Shown here: one piece after another, positions 1 through 9,515 of the stretch
Position numbering within the stretch: the first letter of the stretch is position 1
Layout of the letters: each line of letters opens with the position of its first letter
Assembly (NCBI GenBank): GCA_025999155.1
Contig: AP026679.1
Span: 17,408-81,407 of the forward strand
Source: Candidatus Dojkabacteria bacterium
GTDB lineage: Bacteria; Patescibacteriota; Dojkabacteria; JAOAGR01
DNA: 64,000 nucleotides
Direction: 5' to 3'
The notes under the pieces: generated by a model
Database searches by the model: none
What the model saw: only the letters and a program-made list of their open reading frames with translations
What the model was told of the DNA's origin: nothing
Translations under genes and position numbers: made by a program

Positions 1-2822
1 TGGGGTTTTTAGTATCAATTATATTTTTATGGATTATTATTATTACAATACTGAAACCAATAGTATTACGATTTGCCTTTTTTAATTTAATTAGGCAAAA
101 AATAGTTGCACTACTAATACTGTTTTGTTTAGTAATTGTTAGTACAGCTTTATCTTTTATTTTAATTTTTAGTTATTCATATAATTCATCTATTCAAGAA
201 ACTATCGATAAACGACTCGGTAATGTACAAGCCATAATTTATTCACACAACAAAAGATATTCACTTTCTGGAATTAACGAGATTTATAACCAAATATCCC
301 CTTATTTTGATAAATATTTACCTGTATCTTTAGAGCCAGCCAAATATGGCGATATCGATGTATTAATTACATATTTTGATCCGTCTATTGCAGAATTCTT
401 TGAGCCTCGGATTAAAGCAGATAAATTCCCGGACTTAAAGTCTAACGAGGTCGTGATACCAAAGACTTTAGCGGATAAAGAAAATCTTTTAGTAGAAGAT
501 AAAATTGATCTTATAATCAATGAAAAACACTACGAATTAGTAGTACGTGATATTATTGATGATAATGGACTAATTGGTTTCACGAAGCCCGTGACCTCTA
601 ACTTAAGAACCTTTGATTCAAATATCATTGTTGCGGAAAGTTTTATTAAGCAACTTTACGAAGATTCTATTTACAATACTGTATTATTAGGATTGGGTAC
701 ATTTTCATTGGCTGACATTGATTTAATTGATCGTAAGATTCAAAAATTTGACTCTGATCTAATTTTCGAAGAATTATCACAAAGTTATTTACAAAGTTTG
801 AGTGGTGGCAGCTGGGGGCTCAGTTTAAGTCAATTAATGTTGCTTGCCGTATTACCAATAATGTTAATGTGCTTAGGGGTAAGCTTACTGATGTTTAATT
901 GGAAATTAAATAAAAATATCAAGGAATTTGCTATTTTAAGATCTTTTGGAGTTTCCTCAAACGATATTATCTCTATCATATTTATTGAAATTTGTATTTA
1001 TTCAGTCATATCTTCTATATCTGGGTTGTTAATCAGCTATTTAAGTTTTGATGTTCTCAAAGCAATTCTGGTTAATATACTAAATATCGAAAGTCAATTC
1101 ATATTAAATTTGAGTCCCAAATTTGATTTGAGTAACTTACTAATAATCTTGTTTGCTTCAATTGGAGCTTTCGTGCTGGTACTGTTCTTTGGTGTTGTTA
1201 ATTTACCAAAGGTTTTGACTCAATTTGATCTCACGAAAAATTATCAATTTGTGCCAGAAAAACCATTTAAATTAAAAGACAATTCTCTCATTTTTATCGG
1301 ATTGCTTATATGTTTTTTAGCAGCTTATTATGTATTTATAGGATATATATCTGATAAAGAGCTATCAAAGTTCATAATATTTCTAGTATTTCAAATAGCT
1401 CTGTGGCTTATATCGCTTATATTCGTAAAAATTATTAAACGGTGGACTTTTTCTGTACTATCGGCAATTACAATTATTAATGTCATTGTCAATTCAGTAT
1501 TTTTTGAGTTATCATTTTTTCAAGATATTCAGCAGAAATATCCTATTTTCGCTATTATTCCAGCAATTATTTTGACTCTGACTGTAGCAATTTTTCTCCC
1601 TCATCTAATAGGCAAAATATCAGTAAAACGGCTTACGCTTGATGCGGCATTGAAACTCATATATAAAAATATGGTTTTCGCTGTTTTGACTATATGGATT
1701 GTGAATGTTATTTTTGTTCTCAGTAGCCTTACAGAAGCTTTCCGAGAGCAGACTCTCCAATCTTTTAAAGATGTTGGTGTGAATTATGATCTAGTAGCTA
1801 CTGACGAATATGGGTTGGCAAATTCGTATGATGTTTTAGATCAATTGAAAAAGATACCTGATGTCCGTGATGTAACACTTATCAATTCTGCAGATGTTGA
1901 TTTGATGGATACGACATACGCAGGATTTGGTTTGAAAGAGTTTGCTTATGAGAATAATATGGATCCTCAAGAGGAAATCAGAGGAATATTATCTGTTGTA
2001 GATTTTAAGCAGATTAATACAGAAATAGTATGGGATACTAAATTTCCAGATCCGATTGACGAGTTTTTTAAAAGTACTAGTTATGTCGTACTGGGGTATA
2101 ATTTCTTACGAGATGATCAAAATAATTCATCTTTTAATATTGGTGATAAGATAAGAATTCGGTTTCAAAACGGTAAAATTATTGAGCGAATAGTAATTGG
2201 TTATGTGCCGACTGATACAAAACGTCCTTTCAATGAATTATTTATTTCACCTGTTGATTATAATTTCCTGAGAGATGCTAGTCCGAAGGTAAGATTTTCT
2301 GCATTTTACGGCATTAAAGTTCATACATCGACTGATATAAATAATTTTGAAAGATTATTGAGACAAAAATTCGTAGATTCTTTTAATCGAGTGTTTCGTC
2401 CTGCTCAGAGTGTGTCTGATGTATCTGCGGTTATATTGCAACTGATAGAATATATGAAAGTGTATTTCAGAGGAACGATTTTTATTATATTAACCGTATT
2501 TGTCATAGCTTCTTATTTACCGATATTCACTGAAAGTAAGTTTAATTCGTTTCGTCGAGATTATTTCATTTACATAACTTTGTGGTCACAGTTAATATTA
2601 TTGTTTATATCAACAGTGTTAGCTATTATTAGCCACTCTTATATAATCAGTAAATTTTCAACTTTATGGAATATAAGCGTTAAGTATGATTTCGGTTATA
2701 ATGGGCTTTTACACTATATCTTGATACTGGCTCTATTTTTAGTCATAGTTGCAGTATTGATTTGGGTAGTTGATTATTTAATATATGAAAAAAAACAAAA
2801 GGCAAAATTTATCTTTAAATAA
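1..2822 (+). CDS. ABC transporter permease, FtsX/MacB-like with duplicated architecture (5'-partial; frame open to window edge)
   Basis: The frame of the track ORF 453..2822 (which starts at GTG) stays open upstream to position 3 with no in-frame ATG, so the true start likely lies outside the window. The N-terminus has an FtsX/MacB-type TM1 (LRFAFFNLIRQKIVALLILF...) followed by an extracytoplasmic domain. An FtsX-type TM2-4 block follows (EFAILRSFGVSSNDIISIIFIE...G). This TM/extracellular-domain/FtsX arrangement then repeats once more toward the C-terminus. Confidence 0.7.
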   Translation, partial: GFLVSIIFLWIIIITILKPIVLRFAFFNLIRQKIVALLILFCLVIVSTALSFILIFSYSYNSSIQETIDKRLGNVQAIIYSHNKRYSLSGINEIYNQISPYFDKYLPVSLEPAKYGDIDVLITYFDPSIAEFFEPRIKADKFPDLKSNEVVIPKTLADKENLLVEDKIDLIINEKHYELVVRDIIDDNGLIGFTKPVTSNLRTFDSNIIVAESFIKQLYEDSIYNTVLLGLGTFSLADIDLIDRKIQKFDSDLIFEELSQSYLQSLSGGSWGLSLSQLMLLAVLPIMLMCLGVSLLMFNWKLNKNIKEFAILRSFGVSSNDIISIIFIEICIYSVISSISGLLISYLSFDVLKAILVNILNIESQFILNLSPKFDLSNLLIILFASIGAFVLVLFFGVVNLPKVLTQFDLTKNYQFVPEKPFKLKDNSLIFIGLLICFLAAYYVFIGYISDKELSKFIIFLVFQIALWLISLIFVKIIKRWTFSVLSAITIINVIVNSVFFELSFFQDIQQKYPIFAIIPAIILTLTVAIFLPHLIGKISVKRLTLDAALKLIYKNMVFAVLTIWIVNVIFVLSSLTEAFREQTLQSFKDVGVNYDLVATDEYGLANSYDVLDQLKKIPDVRDVTLINSADVDLMDTTYAGFGLKEFAYENNMDPQEEIRGILSVVDFKQINTEIVWDTKFPDPIDEFFKSTSYVVLGYNFLRDDQNNSSFNIGDKIRIRFQNGKIIERIVIGYVPTDTKRPFNELFISPVDYNFLRDASPKVRFSAFYGIKVHTSTDINNFERLLRQKFVDSFNRVFRPAQSVSDVSAVILQLIEYMKVYFRGTIFIILTVFVIASYLPIFTESKFNSFRRDYFIYITLWSQLILLFISTVLAIISHSYIISKFSTLWNISVKYDFGYNGLLHYILILALFLVIVAVLIWVVDYLIYEKKQKAKFIFK

Positions 2823-3483
2823 AGAGTTTTTAGATGTTCGTAATATATCTAAATCATATTTAATAAGAGGTCAGAGGCGTAGTGTACTAATGAATATACG
2901 TTTTGGAGTTGCTAAAGATGAATTTATATCGATCATAGGTCCGTCAGGTAGTGGAAAGTCTACTTTGTTTAATTGTCTTATCGGTCTAGAGAATGTAGAT
3001 GATGGCACAATTTTTTATGGTGATCAAAACTTCACCGATTTAACAGAGAATGATAAATTTGATTTTATAAACAAACACGTTGGATTTGTTTGTAGTCAAA
3101 ATAATTTACTAGATTTTTTAACACCTTCAGAAAATATCCTTTTACAAATGCAGACAAGTAAAGTATCTAACCATACAAAAACTATGGCCGACTTGATTAA
3201 CTTTTTAGAGCTTGATTCTATAGCAAATATAGTATGTGAGAAATTAGATTTTTACGAGCAGACGATTGTTGCCATAGCAAAAGCACTGTCTAAGGATACA
3301 CAAATCCTAATTCTCGATGAACCAGATGCTCGACTTAACTCTTTACAAAAAGAAAAACTCGTAAGTCTTTTAAAAAAAATACACAAAGAATTACGTATAC
3401 CAGTACTAATTTTTTCTGCTGATCCTATAATACCTATGGCTTCAGGTCGAGTGATTCGCATTAAAGATGGTAAAATAAATTAG
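2785..3483 (+). CDS. ABC transporter ATP-binding protein (partner of the FtsX-like permease), with non-canonical signature and H-loop
   Basis: Walker A is GPSGSGKST, a Q-loop Q is present, and Walker B is ILILDEP. The ABC signature position reads LDFYEQ instead of LSGGQ, and the H-loop position reads FSAD (no His). The start overlaps the permease stop by 38 nt. Confidence 0.8.
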   Translation: MKKNKRQNLSLNKEFLDVRNISKSYLIRGQRRSVLMNIRFGVAKDEFISIIGPSGSGKSTLFNCLIGLENVDDGTIFYGDQNFTDLTENDKFDFINKHVGFVCSQNNLLDFLTPSENILLQMQTSKVSNHTKTMADLINFLELDSIANIVCEKLDFYEQTIVAIAKALSKDTQILILDEPDARLNSLQKEKLVSLLKKIHKELRIPVLIFSADPIIPMASGRVIRIKDGKIN

Positions 3484-3484
3484 T

Positions 3485-4195
3485 ATGCATCGATTTATTT
3501 TGCGAAACAAGCACATTCGCAATAAAACCATAGTGTTTAACGAAGAGCAATCTCATAAAATAAGTAAAGTTTTGCGTATGGCTGTCGGAGATATTGTTGA
3601 AGTATTTGATAATAGTGGTTGGGTTTATGAAGTAGAATTATTCAAATTAACAAATGAAATTGCTCTCGGTAAAATTGTCTCACAAAAATTAATTGAGAAA
3701 ACTTCTCATATTACATTGTTTCAGTCTTTGATTAAGTTAACGAAAATTGATTTTATAATTGAAAAAAGTGTGGAATTAGGGGTTGATAAAATAGTGTTTT
3801 TTCGTTCCGAGTATTCGCAAATTAATACAAAATGGATTCATCACAAACATTTATCTAGATGGCAAAGAATTGCTGAGTCCGCGGCCGAACAAAGTGGTCG
3901 TGTTTTCGTACCTCAAATTATGGTTGATGTAAGAAAGTTCGATGATATTATGTCCGAATCAGCAGATACCGGTGCATTTATTTTGGATCCGGATGGTGAG
4001 GTATTAAGTTCGAAGCTTCTCAAGCATTCGCTTCACATTTGTTTTTTTGTAGGACCCGAGGGAGGTTTTTCTCATCAGGAAATAAATATTGCAGAAAAGC
4101 TAGGTATTCGGAAAATCAAGCTGTCAAACAATATCTTAAGAAGTGAAACAGCTTCTCTTGCTTTTCTTTCACAAATTTTTCTTTTTATTAATTAG
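3485..4195 (+). CDS. rsmE: 16S rRNA (uracil1498-N3)-methyltransferase RsmE (SPOUT)
   Basis: C-terminal GPEGGFS...E motif and ILRSETA motif typical of the RsmE family. Length 236 aa. Confidence 0.8.
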   Translation: MHRFILRNKHIRNKTIVFNEEQSHKISKVLRMAVGDIVEVFDNSGWVYEVELFKLTNEIALGKIVSQKLIEKTSHITLFQSLIKLTKIDFIIEKSVELGVDKIVFFRSEYSQINTKWIHHKHLSRWQRIAESAAEQSGRVFVPQIMVDVRKFDDIMSESADTGAFILDPDGEVLSSKLLKHSLHICFFVGPEGGFSHQEINIAEKLGIRKIKLSNNILRSETASLAFLSQIFLFIN

Positions 4196-4955
4196 GTTTA
4201 CCTCGGGCTAAGCATAATCCGTAAATTTTAGTATTTGGATAGAATTTCTTTATCGTTTTTGCACATTCATTTAAAGTTGCGCCTGTAGAACATATATCAT
4301 CAATAATTAAAATTGAGTTCACATCTAGATCTTTTGTTAAGTTAGGATTGATTGAAAAAGCGTTTTCTAGGTTTGTTAGTCGTTTTTGTCGGTCTAGGTC
4401 AGCTTGATTTTTTGTTGATCTATGTTTCTCTAAAATGTCAATACAAGGAATATTCAACCTCCGAGATAATTCTTGAGCTAATAATTGCGAATGATTAAAT
4501 CCTCGTGAGGCTGCTTTATCCTTATGCAGTGGAACAAAGGTGATAAGTTGTATATCGGCAAAATTTATGTTTTGAAATTCTTTCGATTGAAGTATTAAGT
4601 CAATAACATATTTTATTAGTTGTTTGCGACCTTCGTACTTGATTTCTGTAATTAATGAATGAATAACGTGATTGTAATAATAAAAATAATACACTTTTTC
4701 TAAATAGGTCATTGATTTTAATGTATCTTCGATTTCCCAATCTTTTGAGGGTTTTCGAGAGATAAAAGATTCAGGCGTAATATTTTCTAGAGATGCTCGA
4801 CATTCATTACAAATAAACCCTTGTTTGTAGATTTTACATGCTACACATTGTGTGGGAAAAGCAAATTCGATACATAATTCAAACAATTTCTTTAGATGTT
4901 CTACTAGAAATGCTGTCTTACTATGAAAATGATTTCTAGAATAATGTTTTTCCAT
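4188..4955 (-). CDS. ComF family protein (phosphoribosyltransferase domain, ComFC-like)
   Basis: N-terminal Cys cluster (CVACK...CNEC) and a C-terminal PRTase motif (ILIIDDICSTGATL). Confidence 0.75.
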   Translation of the reverse strand: MEKHYSRNHFHSKTAFLVEHLKKLFELCIEFAFPTQCVACKIYKQGFICNECRASLENITPESFISRKPSKDWEIEDTLKSMTYLEKVYYFYYYNHVIHSLITEIKYEGRKQLIKYVIDLILQSKEFQNINFADIQLITFVPLHKDKAASRGFNHSQLLAQELSRRLNIPCIDILEKHRSTKNQADLDRQKRLTNLENAFSINPNLTKDLDVNSILIIDDICSTGATLNECAKTIKKFYPNTKIYGLCLARGKPN

Positions 4956-5014
4956 ACTGTTGCAAGAGTTTTGTAAAAATATTATATTTGAATGGTGATA
5001 AATGGTGAAATCTG

Positions 5015-5464
5015 GTGGATATGCTAATCGGTGAATTTGAAACGAAGATTACAGATAATAACCGAGTAGCAGTACCAAAAAAGTTTAGAGGAGAATTAGG
5101 AGATGATCTGATAATTTTAAACGGGTATGAAGGGTGTTTGATCATTGTCGATGAGCAAAAGTTTTTAGCTCTTACAAAAGATATTGTTGAAGGAAGATTC
5201 ATCAATGACGCTGTACGAGATATGACAAGGTTTCTAGTGGGATCTGCGCAAGAAATTCATTTGGATAATCAGGGGAGATTTGTACTGCCTCAATCTCTTC
5301 GTGATTATGCGTGTCTTGAGTCAGAGTGTATTTTTTTAGGTTTATTTAATTGGATTGAATTATGGAGTAAGTCCCGGTGGATGGAACGCAAGAAATTTGT
5401 GAAGAGGAATGCTGCAGAGATAGCAAGTAAGTTAGCAAGAACTCTTGATGGTAGGGATTTTTAA
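5015..5464 (+). CDS. mraZ: transcriptional regulator MraZ
   Basis: Duplicated MraZ-type motifs (NRVAVPKKFR and QGRFVLPQSLR). Position at the head of the dcw-type cluster. Confidence 0.85.
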   Translation: MDMLIGEFETKITDNNRVAVPKKFRGELGDDLIILNGYEGCLIIVDEQKFLALTKDIVEGRFINDAVRDMTRFLVGSAQEIHLDNQGRFVLPQSLRDYACLESECIFLGLFNWIELWSKSRWMERKKFVKRNAAEIASKLARTLDGRDF

Positions 5465-6338
5465 AGAGCACGAAAGACACAGCCCCGTCATGCTGGGAGA
5501 TGTGTTGGATGAGTTTGAGAAAGTAAGTAAGAGATTATCTAGTTTAGTTGCAATTGATTGTACTCTGGGGCAAGCTGGACACTCAATCGAAATTTTTAAA
5601 AACCTTAAACGAGGAGTTTTACTATCAATTGACAAATCTAAATGTAGTATCGATTGGGTGTCTAGATATTATTGTTTTACAGAAAAGAAGTTAGTACAAG
5701 ACAATAAAGTTTGGGAGATTATTCATGATGATTTTGCTAATTTGAATGAAATTTTAGAAAGTCGTGGTTTGAAGTATTTTGATTTTTTAATTGCAGATTT
5801 AGGTTTTTCAAATTTACAACTTCAACAAAATATCGGGATTTCGTACAGCAATCAAAGCCAAAAGTTAGATATGCGGTATGGAGATGAAGGTATAGATGCT
5901 GCGACTTTTTTAAATACTGTGACGAAGAGTGAGTTGGAACAAATCCTACTTAATTGTGTACAAATGCAAAAGTCTTTGGTGGGTCCCGTTGCCCAGGCAA
6001 TTGTCACTTTTCGACAAAAACGAAAGTTTGTATATGTAAAAGATTTGGTTAATGCTATAGGTAAATTTGGTGATAGAGTGAAAATGAAAGTCTTTCATGG
6101 TATTCGGGTACACATCAACCAAGAAATCACGAAATTATACAAGCTCCTTGAAGTTATTAAACAGAGGCAATCTGAACTGGGTCTTTCTTTAATAATATCT
6201 TTTAACAGTATAGAAGAGCAAGTAATCACAAGTTGCTTAGGAGTTCACGAGATACGAGAACCAAACATAACTGAAATAGTTTCAAATGTACAGGCGAGAA
6301 GTGCAAAGTTACATATTTATAAGAAACAAATTAGTTGA
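5445..6338 (+). CDS. rsmH: 16S rRNA (cytosine1402-N4)-methyltransferase RsmH (MraW)
   Basis: PVMLGDVLDEF and IDCTLGQAGHS motifs. Follows mraZ. True start may be the internal Met at about 5490. Confidence 0.85.
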   Translation: MMVGIFKEHERHSPVMLGDVLDEFEKVSKRLSSLVAIDCTLGQAGHSIEIFKNLKRGVLLSIDKSKCSIDWVSRYYCFTEKKLVQDNKVWEIIHDDFANLNEILESRGLKYFDFLIADLGFSNLQLQQNIGISYSNQSQKLDMRYGDEGIDAATFLNTVTKSELEQILLNCVQMQKSLVGPVAQAIVTFRQKRKFVYVKDLVNAIGKFGDRVKMKVFHGIRVHINQEITKLYKLLEVIKQRQSELGLSLIISFNSIEEQVITSCLGVHEIREPNITEIVSNVQARSAKLHIYKKQIS

Positions 6339-6618
6339 ACACAAAAAAATAGGCCCCATAAAAATTGTCGTTGGACTTACTGGTTTTTTAGCTATTATTA
6401 CCGTGCTTGTTCATTTGTTTGTCATGAGCGAGTATGCTACGAAAGGGGATGAAATAGCAATATTACAAGCACGTAAAGAGGAATTGATGAAGGAAAATTT
6501 AATGTTGCAAGAACAGATAGCAGCTGCGAATAACTTGGACATTTTACGAAAGAAAGCAGAAGAATCAGGATATGTGGCTCTGAATCAGGATCAACTGAGA
6601 TATATCAAAATAGACTGA
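6286..6618 (+). CDS. FtsL/DivIC-like cell division protein (single TM plus coiled coil)
   Basis: Short cytoplasmic segment, one TM (IKIVVGLTGFLAIITVLVHLFV), then a coiled coil (ILQARKEELMKENLMLQEQIAAANNLD). Sits between rsmH and ftsI. The exact start is uncertain because it overlaps the rsmH 3' end. Confidence 0.5.
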   Translation: MYRREVQSYIFIRNKLVEHKKIGPIKIVVGLTGFLAIITVLVHLFVMSEYATKGDEIAILQARKEELMKENLMLQEQIAAANNLDILRKKAEESGYVALNQDQLRYIKID

Positions 6619-6679
6619 TTTCTGACTGTAATCAATATTTGTAATTAATAATAGATATCTGATCTTTGACTAATCAGAA

Positions 6680-8746
6680 ATGATGACAGCATATTTGCAA
6701 CGCACTAGGTTCATAAAATTTCTTTTTTTGTTTTTTGTTTGTATTCTGATTTTCCAGTTATTTCGTTTGCAAATTCTAGAACATGAGCGCTGGACTATTC
6801 GAGCAGAGCAGAAACAAACATTTCGTACAATTTACAAGCCAACCAGGGGAAGTGTGTATTTTGCTGATGGTAGCATTTTAGCTATTAGTAAGCTGGCTTA
6901 TAATGTTTATGCTTTACCAAGGGAATTTGAGAAAAAACCAGCAAAGCAAGCTAATGTAAATATAGAGCAATTTGTCTATGATTTCTCTGAATTAAGTGGG
7001 GTGAAAAAAGATGCCGTGATGTCAAGAATGAATTCGGGTGCTTCATACGTACTTATAGGGAAGCGTTTGGAGCCTTCCGTTATACAAAAATTAGAGGAAA
7101 GATACCCGCGAAGTTTAAATGTTTGGAATATTGAGACTCAATATGTTCGTTTTTATCCGAATCGCGAGCTTGGAGCTAAAATTATTGGATTTGTAAGAGA
7201 AAATGATAGAGGTGAGGAAATGGGTCAATACGGTGTCGAGCAATATTTTGATGGTCTTTTAAGAGGTGCGGAGGGATTATTCAAAGGTATCAGGGATAAA
7301 TCTAGGCTTGTGATTGCAAATCAGGATTATGAAGTAGTTGCATCGCGTAATGGAGTCGATATAACTTTGACTATAGATAGAGGTATACAAGCTTTAGTGG
7401 AAGAATATGCTAAAAAATATACTGATATTTTTAAGGCAAAGGAAGCTACCATAGTTATTATCGAACCAAATACGGGGAGGCTTTTAGCTGTTGCAAATTA
7501 TCCTACATACGATCCAAATGTATACTGGGAAGGAGAATTAATAGACTGTAATCTTGAATATTATAAGGTGTTACATGAGGATTGTAATAAAAAAAATTTA
7601 ACTACATCGAGCCCTTCTCAAGAAAGCAATACTAATAATGAAATTGTTTATCCTGATGGTTATCTAGAAAGACTAAGAGAGTTGGAAGAATTACAACGTA
7701 AGCTTGAGGAAGAAAAAAAGAAATTAGAATCCGAACTGCAAAATAACAACGGAGAAAGTTTAACTGCAGCAGAAAAAGAAAAATTATCAAAATATCCAGA
7801 ATCCGTTAGGGAAATATTTCGTAAAAAAAGCTTACCTGTCTCAGAAATATATCGTAATTCCGCAAATTCTGTACTTTATGAACCAGGATCAGTCATGAAA
7901 GTTATTACTCTTGCTATAGCTTATAATGCAAAAACCATTCCTCAAGATATTAATTATTCCCTTGGTGGACATTCTGGATGTGAAAAAGTTATTGATGCTA
8001 CGCTGTGTACAATAACTAAACTCCCTGTCTCGTCTTTAAACATTAAAGATATGCTGATTGATTCAGATAATGTTGGGGCTTTGAGAGTTGCTCTATCTGT
8101 TCCTATCAAGGATTTTATTGATACTTATGAAAAATTTGGGCTTGGTAGGAAGAGTGGTGTGGAATTAGCTGACGAAGCAGTATTTTCGATTAAAGATCCT
8201 TCAGAATGGACAAAGGTAGATGTCGCAACTTCTTCGTATGGGCAAGGTAGTATTGCTTTTACTCCTATACAACTTGCCGCAGCTTGGAATGTACTAGCTT
8301 CTGGAGGTAAATATTATGCTCCAACAATAGTCAAATCCATGAATGACAATGGACGTCAAAAGGACTTCGAACCGGTTCCTGTCCGCGATGTAATCTCAGA
8401 AGATGCTGCGAAAGCAACATTGTATGCTAGCGGAGTTTCTACCTCCGAAGGACATCCAAAAGCTAGGGCTTTTTATAAGAAATATCCATATGCTGGGAAA
8501 ACAGGAACAGCAGATATTTCGAAAACAAGTTCTGTTGGTTATAGGGAAAATGTTGTAAACACAAGTTACGTTGGCATTGCTCCTCTTGATAATCCTCGTT
8601 TTACCATGCTTGTTTGGTTCCGTGAGCCACGTATAGGCATAGACGGTGGTAATCCTACTTCTGGTAATACAGCTCTTCATGCTTGGCTTGATTTGGCTGA
8701 ACAATTAATGATAAAACTGAATATATCTCCTAAAGATGTTGAATAA
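6680..8746 (+). CDS. ftsI: peptidoglycan D,D-transpeptidase FtsI / class B PBP, with internal coiled-coil insertion
   Basis: N-terminal TM, SxxK (SVMK), SxN (SDN) and KTG (KTGTA) motifs. A roughly 90-aa E/K-rich insertion lies between the N-terminal module and the transpeptidase domain. Confidence 0.85.
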   Translation: MMTAYLQRTRFIKFLFLFFVCILIFQLFRLQILEHERWTIRAEQKQTFRTIYKPTRGSVYFADGSILAISKLAYNVYALPREFEKKPAKQANVNIEQFVYDFSELSGVKKDAVMSRMNSGASYVLIGKRLEPSVIQKLEERYPRSLNVWNIETQYVRFYPNRELGAKIIGFVRENDRGEEMGQYGVEQYFDGLLRGAEGLFKGIRDKSRLVIANQDYEVVASRNGVDITLTIDRGIQALVEEYAKKYTDIFKAKEATIVIIEPNTGRLLAVANYPTYDPNVYWEGELIDCNLEYYKVLHEDCNKKNLTTSSPSQESNTNNEIVYPDGYLERLRELEELQRKLEEEKKKLESELQNNNGESLTAAEKEKLSKYPESVREIFRKKSLPVSEIYRNSANSVLYEPGSVMKVITLAIAYNAKTIPQDINYSLGGHSGCEKVIDATLCTITKLPVSSLNIKDMLIDSDNVGALRVALSVPIKDFIDTYEKFGLGRKSGVELADEAVFSIKDPSEWTKVDVATSSYGQGSIAFTPIQLAAAWNVLASGGKYYAPTIVKSMNDNGRQKDFEPVPVRDVISEDAAKATLYASGVSTSEGHPKARAFYKKYPYAGKTGTADISKTSSVGYRENVVNTSYVGIAPLDNPRFTMLVWFREPRIGIDGGNPTSGNTALHAWLDLAEQLMIKLNISPKDVE

Positions 8747-9515
8747 AGCACGAAAACTTAGTCTTCTATGGTTTCAAGTACTAATATTTTTTTGTGTGTT
8801 TGCTTCGGTAATTATCGCATTATCAAATACTGTTATTTTTAATTCAGGCACAGATGTCAGTCTGAGTGTGCGTGATGTGTTATCCGAAAGAATAGATGAT
8901 AATCAACCTGATATTTTACAATATAATTCATTTAAAACCGTACAGTATCTCACTCCGATACCTACTCCGATACAATCTACCGGTGGGGTAAAAATTATTA
9001 ATACAAGAGAATATATTTATTATCCATTGTCTAAACAAAATCCTATCGGTAATGTACAACCAAATGATTTAGTCGAACTCCCAAAATCGTATACCACACG
9101 AAAGATATTGGTATCACAATTAATAGTCAGTGACCTTATAAAATTAATCAAGGCTGCAAAACAAGATAATCTAGAATTACGGGTTGTTTCAGGTTATAGA
9201 TCTTTTCAGGAACAACAAAATTTGTTTAGCTATTATAAGGCTGAAGAGAAAAAGAAAAATCCTTCGCTTGATGATATGCAGATTGAACTATTAGTAAACA
9301 CCTATTCTGCAAAGCCAGGCTATAGCGAACATCACTTAGGTACTGTAGTAGATATATTGTCTGCCGAGAATAACTATCAATTTGATTCTGATCCTAACTT
9401 AAAATACGTCCAATGGCTTGAAAATAATGCTTATAAATACAACTTTCGAATAAGCTATTATAAAGGTAATCCTGAGTATATATATGAGCCTTGGCATATC
9501 AGGTGGTGGCCTTAA
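8736..9515 (+). CDS. M15 family D-Ala-D-Ala carboxypeptidase (VanY-like), membrane-anchored
   Basis: N-terminal TM, then SGYRSFQEQ, HHLGTVVD and WH motifs of VanY/M15B peptidases. Confidence 0.7.
   Translation: MLNKARKLSLLWFQVLIFFCVFASVIIALSNTVIFNSGTDVSLSVRDVLSERIDDNQPDILQYNSFKTVQYLTPIPTPIQSTGGVKIINTREYIYYPLSKQNPIGNVQPNDLVELPKSYTTRKILVSQLIVSDLIKLIKAAKQDNLELRVVSGYRSFQEQQNLFSYYKAEEKKKNPSLDDMQIELLVNTYSAKPGYSEHHLGTVVDILSAENNYQFDSDPNLKYVQWLENNAYKYNFRISYYKGNPEYIYEPWHIRWWP

Noticed and set aside
302-520. Small antisense ORFs in the six-frame track (for example 302-520-, 3252-3461-, 8396-8704-, 10774-11079+, 11177-11524-, 11701-12000+, 12220-12513+, 15018-15438-, 23300-23599-, 27062-27691-, 29043-29351-, 30737-30949-, 34168-34446-, 35990-36310-, 38880-39212+, 41065-41274-, 43345-43641-, 50803-51258-, 51761-52036-, 52095-52280+, 53888-54088-, 54577-54877, 60313-60707-, 61066-61353-)
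   Set aside because: Each lies entirely inside a longer ORF on the other strand or frame that has strong family-level motifs. Their products are low-complexity, as expected for antisense read-through in AT-rich DNA.
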